Sequence record: OQ633420.1
Reading direction: 5' to 3' (one strand)
DNA from: Pseudomonas phage PotUPM1
DNA: 32,000 bases
Part shown: in pieces, positions 7,769 through 17,615 of the stretch
How the letters are laid out: each line of letters starts with the position of its first letter
Numbering within the stretch: the stretch's first letter is position 1
The notes under the pieces: model-generated
Database searches by the model: none
Seen by the model: the letters and a program-made list of their open reading frames with translations, nothing else
Told to the model about the DNA's origin: nothing
Made by a program: the position numbers and the translations under genes

Positions 7769-9502
7769 CTACACCCAGCCATGGGAAATGATGTCTGCCC
7801 GGTGGCGCTCCACCTGGCCGGTGACGATGTTGAGGCTGCACCGGTTGACCGGGCGCATGTCGGTTCGGCCGAAGCCGTCCTCCAGCGGGAACTCGTTGAT
7901 GATCGGGACGGTGATGCTTACCGGGTCGGGGTACAGCCCCCGGGAGGTGATCAGCGGACCGTAGCGCACCTGGTAGGGTCCGCCGCCGTTCTCGATGTTG
8001 CGCTGCAGGCGGGCCAGGCACACGGTGCGGTTGGAGGCGTAGATGACGCTGTGGTCCAGTCGCCACAGTTGCCAGAGGCCGTTCTGGGCGCTGTAGCCGG
8101 CGTTGGCCGTGGCCAGATCGTAGCCCCACGGCTCCAGTTGGCCCCAGTTGGTGGGACGCTCCGGGCCGACTTCGCTGTGCTGCAGCGTGTCGTTCTCCAG
8201 TACCTGGAACGAGGCGACCGAGACGCTGGCCGAGGCGTCGAGGCCATCCGGGGTACGTCGGCGCCGATCCTCGAGGCGCTCGCGGATCTCCAGGCGCTGG
8301 GTGTCGACGCTTTCCCCAGCCGGCCCCCGCAGGACCAGGGAGTACCGCCGCACCTCCTCCCGGAGCCCGACGACCTCGAACACTGAGTCATCGGTGATGG
8401 TGGTGCCGGTGGAGGCACAGGCACTGCCGTCATAGCTGTAGGTCGATGTCACCACCCGGGCGCCGCTGGAGTTGTCGGTGATGGTGGAGGTGGCTGTGAC
8501 CTCGGCCAGGGCGTCAATCCGCACCTCGGCTACGCTGCCGTCTGGCTTGAACCAGGCCGCCACCAGGGCGTTCTCCTGCCCGTAGCGGGCGGTGGATGTT
8601 CCCTCGTAGCCCCTGAGTTCAGGGGTCGCTGAGCCCCACAGGTAGCCGGCCGGTGTGGTCGTTACCTGGGTTTCGCACGTGGGCGGCACCGGGTTGCCTT
8701 CGGTTGTGGTGGGCTTGCCTCCCAGGCGGGCCAGGGTCATGCCCGCGTCCAGTTCGTCCACCAGGCTGCCCATGGCGCTGGTCCGGTTGTGCACCACCGT
8801 GACCGAGGCCGTGGGCGCGGCCAGGGTGCCGCCGACGTCGACCCGCAACAGGCCGAGCATGGCGAAGCCGCCGCGCCTCCAGTCGTTGGAAAACGAGGGC
8901 GTGATGCTGAACAGGGCACTGCGCCCGTTGGGCAGGATGTCGATCAGGGTGAGCAGCCAGCCCTCGATCTGCGGGGAGCCCTGGGTGCGCCCGGTGTAGA
9001 CCGGCGGCTGGCCGGTCTGCCCCACGTCCATGGCCGGCAGCTCCACCCGCACCGGGCTCGCAGCCTGCCCGATGATCGAGTGGTTGAACTCGAACACGAA
9101 CGCCAGGCTGTCGCCGCTGCGCGCGGTCTGCATCCACACGCGCCCCACCTGCCCATCCAGCTGCACGGGCCATTCGTTGGTGCGGAAGAAGGTGGCGCCG
9201 TAGGCCACCAGCTGGCCGCGCCCGAGGCGCAGCAGGGCTTTCCCCCACCAGGCCGCCCCGGCGCCGATCTCGTCCCCGGTGGGGATGCGGTCCGGCCGCC
9301 CGATGTCCCACAGGTAGGACCAGTTCCCGGGCTCGATGCCATCGGTCAGCTGGGCGTCCAGCCGGTAGCGCTCGCCGTTGCTCAGTTGCACATAGTTCTC
9401 GGCGTTGTACGGCTCGATGACCTGGCCATGCCAACACCAGCCCCAGGTGTCCAGCCGGCGCGGTACGGGCGGGCGCACCTGGGCGGTACGCGGCGCGCTC
9501 AT
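7769..9502 (-). CDS. Large tail structural protein (577 aa)
   Basis: Long ORF in the tail module. The overlapping 433-aa ORF in another frame is low-complexity Arg/Pro. Confidence 0.65.
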   Translation of the reverse strand: MSAPRTAQVRPPVPRRLDTWGWCWHGQVIEPYNAENYVQLSNGERYRLDAQLTDGIEPGNWSYLWDIGRPDRIPTGDEIGAGAAWWGKALLRLGRGQLVAYGATFFRTNEWPVQLDGQVGRVWMQTARSGDSLAFVFEFNHSIIGQAASPVRVELPAMDVGQTGQPPVYTGRTQGSPQIEGWLLTLIDILPNGRSALFSITPSFSNDWRRGGFAMLGLLRVDVGGTLAAPTASVTVVHNRTSAMGSLVDELDAGMTLARLGGKPTTTEGNPVPPTCETQVTTTPAGYLWGSATPELRGYEGTSTARYGQENALVAAWFKPDGSVAEVRIDALAEVTATSTITDNSSGARVVTSTYSYDGSACASTGTTITDDSVFEVVGLREEVRRYSLVLRGPAGESVDTQRLEIRERLEDRRRRTPDGLDASASVSVASFQVLENDTLQHSEVGPERPTNWGQLEPWGYDLATANAGYSAQNGLWQLWRLDHSVIYASNRTVCLARLQRNIENGGGPYQVRYGPLITSRGLYPDPVSITVPIINEFPLEDGFGRTDMRPVNRCSLNIVTGQVERHRADIISHGWV

Positions 9503-9948
9503 GGCGTGGGCTCCACCAGGTAGTGGAACTCGGTGTCGCGGCCGTTGGCGTCGCGCAGCACCACCTGCTCGATGGGCGCCTCGCGGAACGTGAATAGGCC
9601 GTCGCTGGTGGAGACCAGGCGCAGCGGGTGGTAGACCCGGGCGCTGACGTCGGTTTCCTGCAGGGGGCCGGCGATGCCGGCGCCGCCGGTGGCCGGGGGC
9701 ACGTAGTCGCTGCGCCCGCGCGCGGCCGGGGCTGCACCGCGCGCGGCCACGGTGCGCAGCTCCTGCCGGCGGATGGGCGGCCGCACCAGGCGGTTGAGGT
9801 CGCGCTGCACCTGCTGGCTGTCGCCTCGGCGCGCGGCCTCGTTGGCGGCTCCGCTGGCCCGCCGGGCCGCTTCGTTGGCGGCGCCCGACGCGCGGCGGGC
9901 GGCCTCGTTCGCCGCCCCACTATTGCGGCGGTCGCTCTCGTTGCTCAT
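9499..9948 (-). CDS. Small tail protein with SGAANEAARRA tandem repeats
   Basis: MSNESDRRNSGAANEAARRASGAANEAARRASGAANEAARR. Overlaps the next start by 4 nt. Confidence 0.55.
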   Translation of the reverse strand: MSNESDRRNSGAANEAARRASGAANEAARRASGAANEAARRGDSQQVQRDLNRLVRPPIRRQELRTVAARGAAPAARGRSDYVPPATGGAGIAGPLQETDVSARVYHPLRLVSTSDGLFTFREAPIEQVVLRDANGRDTEFHYLVEPTP

Positions 9949-9949
9949 C

Positions 9950-11785
9950 TCACAGCTCCAATAGGTCGTTGGGGATGCCCACCCGCAGCAGGGTTTCCGT
10001 GCTGCGGGTCAGTTCGTCGCGGTACAGCTCGGGGATCTCCCGGGCCGTGAGGGTGAATCGCCGCGGGAACTGCTCGGCGGTCAGGTCGTCGGTGGTGGAG
10101 TAGTTGCCGGCGAACCCGTCCAGGTCGTCGTCGTAGGGCTCCACGGGCCCGCCACCGGTTGGGCCGGAGGCGTTCGGCGGGTGGTTGAGCCGGCCGCCGA
10201 TCTGGGTCGGCAGGCGGCCGGCATCCGGCGGGCCGGGGGTGCTGCTCAGGGGCGGCACGCTGGTGTCGGGCCGGCCCGGCACCACCAGCACGTCGCTGTC
10301 GCCGCCGCCGCGCATGACGGCGATGCTCAGGGTGGTGATGGCCTCGCCGCTGTCCATGTCGAGGCGGTGCTGTACGCGCCGGCATTTGCCCCGCGCCCGG
10401 GTGTACTGGTCATCCAGCTCCAGGGTGTGCACCAGGTCCACGTCCAGGGCGAGGCTGGTGGGTATGTCCCAGCTGACGGTGGTCTGCCGGTGGGCGCTGA
10501 TCAGCTCGACCACTGCCCGCCGTATGCACACCCGCAGGCCGTCCACGCGGCGCGCCTCGTCGATCACGTCCACCTGGCCGCCGTTGGGGGTCCATGCCCA
10601 GCCGCCGCTCGGCACGCCCACGGGCAGGCTGGGCGGGCCGGTGAGGTCGGACTGGGCGACCGAGGTCAGGGAGTTCTCCCAGTCGCTCACGCGCTCGTCC
10701 TCCACCTCGAACGACAGGCTGTCGCGGCTCACCACGCGGGTGGCCTCCACCAGCCCGGCGGCGGTGGCCAGGGTGATGCGGTAGGTCTCGGTCACGGTCT
10801 GTGTCCAGCGCCGCCCGCCGGTGACGTCGGCGGCCAGCAGCAGCTGCTCGGCGGTGTTGGTGTTGATCCACGGCACGCCGTCGCCGCAGGGATTGCCGCT
10901 GCTGGCCGGCAACAGCTGGTAGCGCGGGGTGCCGATCAGCACCTGCCCACTGCCCTCGATGGCGCTCTCCACCATCTCGACGCTGGGCGTCTCGGTGCTC
11001 CAGGTCCGCCACTGGCAAAAGCCCTGGATCTCGGTCAAGCCGTGCTCGCCCACATGCTGCCAGCTGTAGTTCTCGTTCAGCTGCCACAGGCGCTGGTAGC
11101 GGTAGTTCACCTCCAGCTCGGCGCGGTTGGTGGCGCCCCGCAGGTTGGGGGCGTCCAGCGTGACGGACTGGTAGAGGGTGGAGCCAGGGCCGAACCGCCA
11201 GTGCGGCGCCGTGGCGTACCAACTGGTAACCCGCAGGACGCCGTCCACGGATGCGTCCAGGCTGGCCGGAACGGTGGACAGACGTTCCTCCGCGTAGTCG
11301 CGCCGGCTGCGCCCGGTCAGCGGCCCGAAAACGTCGGCGCTCCAGAACCCGCCCGTGAGCGTGTCGATCTCTGCCAGGCTCATGGCCTCCAGGCGCTGCT
11401 GGCGGCGGTCGGTGCAGGTGATCGACATCAGCCTGTCCGTGACGGACCAGGTGGATTCGGCCACGGCGCCGGTGAGCAGGCGCCGCTCCCGCAGCTGGCC
11501 GTCAAGGATCTCGCGGTAAAGGATCTCGGCCTGCGCGCCGAACAGGTCCGCCGGCACCGGAGTGCCGGGCGGGTACAGCAGCACGAACGTGGCAACGCCT
11601 GCCGCGCCCTCCTCCCGGTCAATCGACACCCGCCCGGACAGGAATGGTGTGACGCTGACACCATCCAGAAGGATGTCGACCTGCCAGACGGACGAGTGCC
11701 CGGGGATCAGCTCCACCGGGGGTGACGTTTCCGCCTGCTCGATGCCATTGATGGGGACGCTGTTGAGGGGGAATCCGTTGATCAT
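9950..11785 (-). CDS. Tail tip / baseplate hub-like protein (611 aa)
   Basis: Length, content and position downstream of the tape measure. Confidence 0.6.
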   Translation of the reverse strand: MINGFPLNSVPINGIEQAETSPPVELIPGHSSVWQVDILLDGVSVTPFLSGRVSIDREEGAAGVATFVLLYPPGTPVPADLFGAQAEILYREILDGQLRERRLLTGAVAESTWSVTDRLMSITCTDRRQQRLEAMSLAEIDTLTGGFWSADVFGPLTGRSRRDYAEERLSTVPASLDASVDGVLRVTSWYATAPHWRFGPGSTLYQSVTLDAPNLRGATNRAELEVNYRYQRLWQLNENYSWQHVGEHGLTEIQGFCQWRTWSTETPSVEMVESAIEGSGQVLIGTPRYQLLPASSGNPCGDGVPWINTNTAEQLLLAADVTGGRRWTQTVTETYRITLATAAGLVEATRVVSRDSLSFEVEDERVSDWENSLTSVAQSDLTGPPSLPVGVPSGGWAWTPNGGQVDVIDEARRVDGLRVCIRRAVVELISAHRQTTVSWDIPTSLALDVDLVHTLELDDQYTRARGKCRRVQHRLDMDSGEAITTLSIAVMRGGGDSDVLVVPGRPDTSVPPLSSTPGPPDAGRLPTQIGGRLNHPPNASGPTGGGPVEPYDDDLDGFAGNYSTTDDLTAEQFPRRFTLTAREIPELYRDELTRSTETLLRVGIPNDLLEL

Positions 11786-11787
11786 GG

Positions 11788-12288
11788 TCAGACCTCCCAG
11801 GCCGTCAGCTGCCAGTCGTAGCGGGCGTCCATCACCTCCTCCGGCTCATCACAGATGACGTTGAACACCGGCATCCATAGCCCCCGGTATCGCTCGGCGC
11901 CGGGCACTGCCTCCACCACGATCTGGCCGCCCTGCAGGCTGGCCGGGACGAGCAGCCAGCGCCCGTCCAGCAGGGCCCAGCCCCACGGCGCCACGTCGGG
12001 GCGGACGGCGCTCGACGGGGTGAACGCGCGATCAGCCGAGGTGCGCCCGGTGATCGACTTGGGGTGCGTGCAGCGCAGCTCCATCGGGGCGGTGTAGTCC
12101 AGGCCATCGAGCCCATGGGGTACGTCGCCGCCCCCACTGAGAGTGATCTGCTCCTTCTGCCAGTGGCTCATGCTGAACAGCGCCCCCCGGCTCAGCCGGA
12201 CGCGGGAGCGCCCCTGCTCGCTGGCGTAACGCTGCGACGGCGCACCGGCCAGCGGTACGCCTGCCAGCATCACCTGTGCGTGACTCAT
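11788..12288 (-). CDS. Tail protein adjacent to the tape measure (distal-tail region)
   Basis: 166 aa ORF between the tape measure and hub-like genes, with 2-nt spacing. Confidence 0.55.
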   Translation of the reverse strand: MSHAQVMLAGVPLAGAPSQRYASEQGRSRVRLSRGALFSMSHWQKEQITLSGGGDVPHGLDGLDYTAPMELRCTHPKSITGRTSADRAFTPSSAVRPDVAPWGWALLDGRWLLVPASLQGGQIVVEAVPGAERYRGLWMPVFNVICDEPEEVMDARYDWQLTAWEV

Positions 12289-12290
12289 GA

Positions 12291-14420
12291 CTAACCCCTT
12301 TTGAATGACTGCATGCGGAGCACCTGGGCGAAGCCCTCCTGGTCTGCCAGCAGCTCGATGGTCTGGCCGCCCACGTCGAGCGATACCCGCCCGAGGTCAC
12401 GCCCCCCTGGCGCCTTGGAGGCGGCCGATTCGATGCCAGCCGGCAGGCCCGGGGCCGTGAGGCCGGACAGGCGATTGGCCAGGTTCAGGGAGGCCAGGGA
12501 GTTCAGCACCGCCTCACCTCCGCCGAATGCCATCAGCTCCGGCCCGCGCTCGCCCACCCAGCGGATGCCGGGTGCGGCGCTGCGGGTGCCGGTGGCATAG
12601 CCGCCGGTGGGGAAAGTGAGGTTGGGTTGCGGCATGGGGCCGAGGGCGGTCATGCCGTCTGGGGGGACCAGCTTGATGGGGATGAAGATCGGCGTGGACG
12701 AAATCGCCGCGAGCTGCTGCTTGACCTTCTCCACCTCGGCCTCGTCCAGCTTGAACGAGATGGAGACGTTCTGGAGCTTGGTCAGCTCGTCGAGCAGCGA
12801 TGCGGCCTTGTCGCGGATCTCGTTGACCTTGGCATCCGCCTTGGACTTCTCGATATCCAGGGCAGCCAGCTCGATGTCGCGCAGGCCCTTGGCGATGCCC
12901 TCGAACCCGTAGGTGCTCTGCCCGGCGGCTGCCAGGTCCTGCAGAACCTTGAGCGCTTCCTGCGCCCGGGCCCTGGCCGTCTCGACATCGCCTGCACGCA
13001 GCGCGTTGCGGGCTTCCACCTGCAGGCTGGTGACGCTGCCGAAGTCAGGCCGGCCACCGCCTCGCCGGAACGAGCTGATGGCGTCGTTGTAGCGCTTCTC
13101 GACATCCAGGCGTTTGGCCTTGAACCCCTCGGCGGTAGCCAGGGCGGCCTTTTCCTTACGCTCCAGCTCCTTGATTTCGGACTCCATGTCCTTCACGCGC
13201 GCCTGGCGAACATTCCGCAGCGACTTCGCGTAGGCGTTTTCAGCGGCGAGACTGGCGGCCATCCGGTTGTCTTCAACCCGTCGCTCGAAATCGGCCTGCT
13301 CTTCGGCCTGCTTGCGCATCTCGGCATTCAAGCCGGTGGCCTGCTCAAGCAGTTGCTCCCGGTAGTCCCTGAACGCCTTCAGCTTCTCCTCGATTGCCGC
13401 ATCGGTCATGTAGAGGTCGAGCATGCCGAAGTTGTCTCCGGCAGAGGCCTCAAGCACAGCGATTTCCTTGTTGACCCTGTCCAGCTCGGTGACGCCGCCG
13501 GCGAGCTTCGCCGCCATGTAGCCCAGGTCATCGCCCACGCCGGCCGCAGCCGCCCCCGTCTTGACCGCTCCTTGTGCCAGGCGGACCAGGGCGGACGCCA
13601 GCACCGTGAGGTTCTGCTGCATCTGCGGGTCGTTCAGTGCCTCACGCAACTCCTTCAACGCCTCGATCAGCGGGCCGGTGGCGGCATTGCCGAAACCGCG
13701 CTCCAGGGTGTCGCCGATGGCGGTGATTTCCTTGCCGACCGTGTCCCCGAAACCCTCCAGCTCAGACTGCAGCTTGGGCAGCTGGCCAATCAGTGCGTTG
13801 GTGACGACCTCGGCAGTCAGCTTGCCTTGGCTGGCAAGGTCCTTAAGGGCGCTCACAGGCTGGCCAATGCCATCGGCCAGGGCCTGCATCAACCTCGGCG
13901 CCTGCTCGGCCACGCTGTTGAACTCATCACCCCGCAGGGCACCCGAGCCCAGCGCCTGGGCGAACTGGACCACACCCTGCTCGGCCTCGACGGCCGAGGC
14001 CCCCGAGACTCGAAACGAGATGGCCACCGCCTCGGTGACGCCGAGAATGTCCCGCTGCGCCTTGCCAGCCTCCTTCAGCGGGCGGCTGATTCGCCCGTAC
14101 AGGTCCACCAGGGAGCTGACGGGCGAGCCGGTGGCAAGGGCGACGCGCTGCAGCTCCGTCTGTGCGGTGTTGAACTCCTGCTGGCTGCTGGTGGCGAGCT
14201 TAAGGCGGGCGTTCATCAACTGGTAGGCGTCCGCCGTTTGCGCTACTCCCTTGATGGCTCCGGCCAGCAGGCCGAACGACAACGCGCCCGCAATGCGTTT
14301 GCCGGTGGACTCCAGGGTGCTGTTGAGGCGCTTCAGATCACCCTGGACCTCGTTGAACGCCTGGGCGCTGTCGTTCCGGCCCTGAATGACCAGTTGGGTG
14401 GTAACCCGTCCGTTGCTCAT
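12291..14420 (-). CDS. Tail tape measure protein
   Basis: 709 aa. Tape-measure domain N-terminus (DAYQLMNARLKLATSSQQEFNTAQTELQRVALATGSPVSSLVDLYGRISRP...LRGDEFNSVAEQAPRLMQALADGIGQPVSALKDLASQGKLTAEVVTNAL) followed by coiled coils. Confidence 0.93.
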   Translation of the reverse strand: MSNGRVTTQLVIQGRNDSAQAFNEVQGDLKRLNSTLESTGKRIAGALSFGLLAGAIKGVAQTADAYQLMNARLKLATSSQQEFNTAQTELQRVALATGSPVSSLVDLYGRISRPLKEAGKAQRDILGVTEAVAISFRVSGASAVEAEQGVVQFAQALGSGALRGDEFNSVAEQAPRLMQALADGIGQPVSALKDLASQGKLTAEVVTNALIGQLPKLQSELEGFGDTVGKEITAIGDTLERGFGNAATGPLIEALKELREALNDPQMQQNLTVLASALVRLAQGAVKTGAAAAGVGDDLGYMAAKLAGGVTELDRVNKEIAVLEASAGDNFGMLDLYMTDAAIEEKLKAFRDYREQLLEQATGLNAEMRKQAEEQADFERRVEDNRMAASLAAENAYAKSLRNVRQARVKDMESEIKELERKEKAALATAEGFKAKRLDVEKRYNDAISSFRRGGGRPDFGSVTSLQVEARNALRAGDVETARARAQEALKVLQDLAAAGQSTYGFEGIAKGLRDIELAALDIEKSKADAKVNEIRDKAASLLDELTKLQNVSISFKLDEAEVEKVKQQLAAISSTPIFIPIKLVPPDGMTALGPMPQPNLTFPTGGYATGTRSAAPGIRWVGERGPELMAFGGGEAVLNSLASLNLANRLSGLTAPGLPAGIESAASKAPGGRDLGRVSLDVGGQTIELLADQEGFAQVLRMQSFKRG

Positions 14421-14955
14421 TTCAACCTCTGCAGCATCGTCTCGAAGTTCTGCTTACTGCCCTTGGCACCGCGCGCCACGATCAGCGCCGTGCGCATGGC
14501 GGCGCGCTCGCGGGCAGCGATAGCTGCACAGAACGCTTCCAGCTGGGGCAGCGTGTAGCCGGCGATATCGGCCCAGGCGTGGCCGGCGGCGATCAGCTGC
14601 TGGGCGACGTCGGCCCATCCGCGATGCTCGCCACCCCCGCCAGGGCCTGACCGAAAAAACCAGCGTTGACCTGCATGACCTGAACCATCAGCTCAAGCGC
14701 GACCGGGGCCGGCAGGCGCCACAGCGCCCAGCGGTTCAGGGAAGTACAGCGCCGCAACACGCGGCGCAGGGTGCGGGCGCTACCCGCGTAGGCACACAGA
14801 CCTTCCGCGCTACAGCCATTGAGGAAGCGCAGCACGTCCTCGGACGCGCGGCCGAACAACTCGAAATCCGCCAGGCCAACCGGGCGGATCTGCACCTGGC
14901 GGCGGCCGACGGCGACCAGCACAGGCTCGGGGAACAACACCTGCAACTCGCTCAT
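14417..14955 (-). CDS. Tail assembly chaperone, long form made by -1 frameshift at 14653-14659 (GT-type fusion)
   Basis: The short form is 14593-14955. Slippery T TTT TTC in frame; the -1 frame is open to a TGA that overlaps the tape-measure ATG. Confidence 0.75.
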
Positions 14956-14972
14956 GGGGTTCTCTCAGGCAT

Positions 14973-14995
14973 AAAAAAACCCGCCGAGGCGGGTT
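14973..14995 (-). terminator. Intrinsic terminator after the 15013-15720 gene
   Basis: Minus strand AAACCCGCC-TC-GGCGGGTTTTTTAT. Confidence 0.7.
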
Positions 14996-15012
14996 TGATG
15001 GGAACAGCTATC

Positions 15013-15720
15013 TCACTTCAGAATCGAAGCAACCGAAGGTTCTCCGGCGCATGCGCGCCGTGCCAAAAACTTTTCTATGGTGTCATCTGTGATGGGCGGC
15101 AAGACCTCATGAGCGTCCGGCTCCCTGCCAAGAACTTCACCAATGCCACCGCGCGCCAAGTACTTGCCGGCGCCTCTAGCGCAGTCAGCCTGAAACTTTC
15201 CATAAGTACTCATTCCGTCACTCCGCTGTTGGCGGTAGGTGATGACGGCGATGCCACCCTGGGCGTGGCGATTTATCTCGAAGTACTTGTCAGCCCCTGC
15301 AATCGGGACACTGATTTGATCCGGAGCGAGACGCTGGCTCTCGATGGCTGGCGGGCCCTGTGAAATGCTCTTGAGGGTCTGGTAGGTCGAGAGCGCAGAG
15401 ATGGCACCGGTTACTACCACCGTGACAATGATGGCGGCGGGTATGGTGGCAAACGCGAACTTGACCATGAACTTCACCATGGACCAGAAGCCCATGTTGA
15501 TGTCGATGACGACCACTGGCTGGGCGCCTGGGTACTTCGTGGCCGCGTCACGCACTGCCGGTGCCATGCTGAAGGTGGCTGTCCCCTCCCTTTTGCGCTG
15601 CGCCTGTTCGGCCGCGTGCCGAGCGTGGCCAGCGTAGTTGATGCCGCACTTCACGCAGTCGTCGGGGCTGCGTTGGGTCTCGGCCAGCGTGGGCTCGTAG
15701 CCGCATTTCGGGCACTGCAT
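15013..15720 (-). CDS. Zinc-ribbon membrane protein, probable moron within the tail module
   Basis: MQCPKCGYEP...DCVKCG, then TM segment FATIPAAIIVTVVVTGAISAL. No structural-gene resemblance. Confidence 0.65.
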   Translation of the reverse strand: MQCPKCGYEPTLAETQRSPDDCVKCGINYAGHARHAAEQAQRKREGTATFSMAPAVRDAATKYPGAQPVVVIDINMGFWSMVKFMVKFAFATIPAAIIVTVVVTGAISALSTYQTLKSISQGPPAIESQRLAPDQISVPIAGADKYFEINRHAQGGIAVITYRQQRSDGMSTYGKFQADCARGAGKYLARGGIGEVLGREPDAHEVLPPITDDTIEKFLARRACAGEPSVASILK

Positions 15721-15782
15721 GGGGTTCCCTCCCAGGGGTGGAAAATCGCGAATCTACCAGAGCCCTGGGAGGGGCGCGCGCA

Positions 15783-16550
15783 TCAGTCCTTGTTCTCGAT
15801 CTCCCAGTGCCAGATAGCGGCCTCGTCGAGGTCGAAGATCAGCGGATCAGGCAGCAGCGTGATCTGCACCGGGACGGTGCCGAACTCCTGCCCCGGGTTG
15901 AGGGGGATGCCGCCGTTGAGGGCAATCTTGCAGTAACGGCCGACGATGCGGCGCAGTTCCTGATCGCCCGCCTCGTTACGCTGCGGCAGCATGACCCGGT
16001 AGAACTTCTGCCCGGTGACGAACGGCTTGACCAGATCCACGGTGGGGTAGCTGTAACTCACCTTGATGGGCAGCTTCTTGTCGGTGCCGCTGACAGCACC
16101 AATGGCCGTGGCCAGGGGGCCACCCGGCAGAATCCACAGACCGCCCGGCACCGCCGCCCAGTCGATGTTCTTGGTGTAGGTCGTTGCGCCGTCGGCGCTG
16201 GTGACCTCGGTCACGTCGAGGGTCAACTTGTCGAGCTTGATGACGCGACCGACGCGGGCATCGTGCTCCTCGTCGGTGACCGTGCCCTGGGGGACGCGCT
16301 CGACACTGCCATACATGGCGATGGCGGCAGCCTTGGCGCTGAAGGAAACGGCCTCGCCGCTAATGACGATCTGGCTGGTGGACGTGACCTGGTCCAGCGG
16401 CGGCAGGCCGGGACGCCGGGGGTCCGGGATGGTCGATTCGTTGGTGGTCGGTTCGGCCGACAGGTTCTGCAGGATGAAGACCTCTTCGAAGTCCCACTGC
16501 GGATAGGGCGCCACCAGCAGCGGGCCCCGGAACATTTGCGTGTTGAGCAT
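15783..16550 (-). CDS. Major tail tube protein
   Basis: 255 aa between the tail-completion and chaperone genes. Confidence 0.65.
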   Translation of the reverse strand: MLNTQMFRGPLLVAPYPQWDFEEVFILQNLSAEPTTNESTIPDPRRPGLPPLDQVTSTSQIVISGEAVSFSAKAAAIAMYGSVERVPQGTVTDEEHDARVGRVIKLDKLTLDVTEVTSADGATTYTKNIDWAAVPGGLWILPGGPLATAIGAVSGTDKKLPIKVSYSYPTVDLVKPFVTGQKFYRVMLPQRNEAGDQELRRIVGRYCKIALNGGIPLNPGQEFGTVPVQITLLPDPLIFDLDEAAIWHWEIENKD

Positions 16551-16575
16551 GATTGGCTCCTCGGCCTGCGGCCGG

Positions 16576-17010
16576 TCAGTTGTAGGTTTCGACGTAGCTG
16601 ACGCCGAAGTTGATCAGCAGCGAGACGGCGGCCACACCGTTGTGGGCGCCGTCCACCACCTCGCTGCTCTGGTCCTCCTCGACCAGGCCGGGCAGTTGTT
16701 GCTCGGGGTCCGTCTGGCCGAAGCCAAGGGCCCGCAGCACCTCCACCTCGGCAAGGTCCAGGTCGTCGTCCGTGACGGTGACGGGAAACACGATCTCGAC
16801 CTGGTAGGCGCGCACGCGGGCGCCCTGCAGGCTGGCCACTCCGGTCAGCTGGTCGACGCCTCGCCGGAGGATTGCGAAGGGGCGCGGGGCCTTGTCCGGG
16901 ATCTTCTCGCGGGCATAGACCCGCTTGAGTTCGAGGGCGTAGCCATTGCCGGGGTTGATGGCGCGCAGGCGCTCCAGCACCTGCTCGCGCCGTTTGCTGG
17001 CGTTGGTCAT
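16576..17010 (-). CDS. Tail terminator/completion-like protein
   Basis: Size and synteny. ...VYAREKIPDKAPRPFAILRRGVDQLTG... VEIVFPVTV. Confidence 0.55.
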   Translation of the reverse strand: MTNASKRREQVLERLRAINPGNGYALELKRVYAREKIPDKAPRPFAILRRGVDQLTGVASLQGARVRAYQVEIVFPVTVTDDDLDLAEVEVLRALGFGQTDPEQQLPGLVEEDQSSEVVDGAHNGVAAVSLLINFGVSYVETYN

Positions 17011-17615
17011 CAGGCTCTCCCTGTGCGGGTCAGCTCACGGCGGATGCGGCGCTCGACCTCCTGCTGGAGGAAGGCGTTCACCCAGCGCACCGCCTTGGGG
17101 GTGGTCAGTTGGCGGAACCAGTAGGCGACGCTCGGCCCCTGGGCGTTCTGCAGGGCACGCCGGTAGGCGTAGGACGTGACCTGCGGGTTACGCGCACCAG
17201 GCCCGACCGAGCGGGCCCGGCTGCTGCGGGTGGACAGCGGCTGCTGCTTGTCCCCGGCGGGGTTGACGAAGCCGGCGGCCACCTTGCGGCCACCCGGTCC
17301 CATCACCCACACGCGGGCTCGGGTCGGGCTGATGGGGTCGAAGCCCCAGCGCTTGTACTGGATCACCTCCACGCCGGAGCTGGAGGGGATGATCCGGGCA
17401 TTGAGGCGCCGGGAATTGGCCCGCTTGATCACCAGGCGCTTGCGCACTGAAGCCCCCTTGAACGCCACGGCGAGGGGCTTGACGTACAGGGTTTTCCGCG
17501 CCTCGGTGGCGGTGGTGTTAAGTGCGCCCCGCAGGACACGCTCGAAACCGCCCTTGATGCCCTCCAGCCGCGCCCGTGCCTGCTGCTCGCCCTGGAGCGA
17601 TACGGCCAGCCTCAT
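17010..17615 (-). CDS. Minor tail protein Z-like (GPZ family)
   Basis: N-terminus ARLEGIKGGFERVLRGALNTTATEARKTLYVKPLA, C-terminus FLQQEVERRIRREL. Confidence 0.65.
   Translation of the reverse strand: MRLAVSLQGEQQARARLEGIKGGFERVLRGALNTTATEARKTLYVKPLAVAFKGASVRKRLVIKRANSRRLNARIIPSSSGVEVIQYKRWGFDPISPTRARVWVMGPGGRKVAAGFVNPAGDKQQPLSTRSSRARSVGPGARNPQVTSYAYRRALQNAQGPSVAYWFRQLTTPKAVRWVNAFLQQEVERRIRRELTRTGRA

Noticed and set aside
8619-9920. 433-aa minus ORF rich in Arg/Pro/Ala
   Set aside because: Out-of-frame shadow of the 577-aa tail protein and the SGAANEAARRA protein.
10181-11725. 514-aa + strand ORF
   Set aside because: Antisense shadow of the hub-like gene; His/Gly/Arg-rich composition with no domain.
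12627-14558. 643-aa + strand ORF antisense to the tape measure
   Set aside because: High-GC shadow ORF lacking a recognisable domain. The opposite strand is an unmistakable tape measure.
15738-16601. 287-aa + strand ORF
   Set aside because: Antisense to the major tail protein gene with no domain signal.
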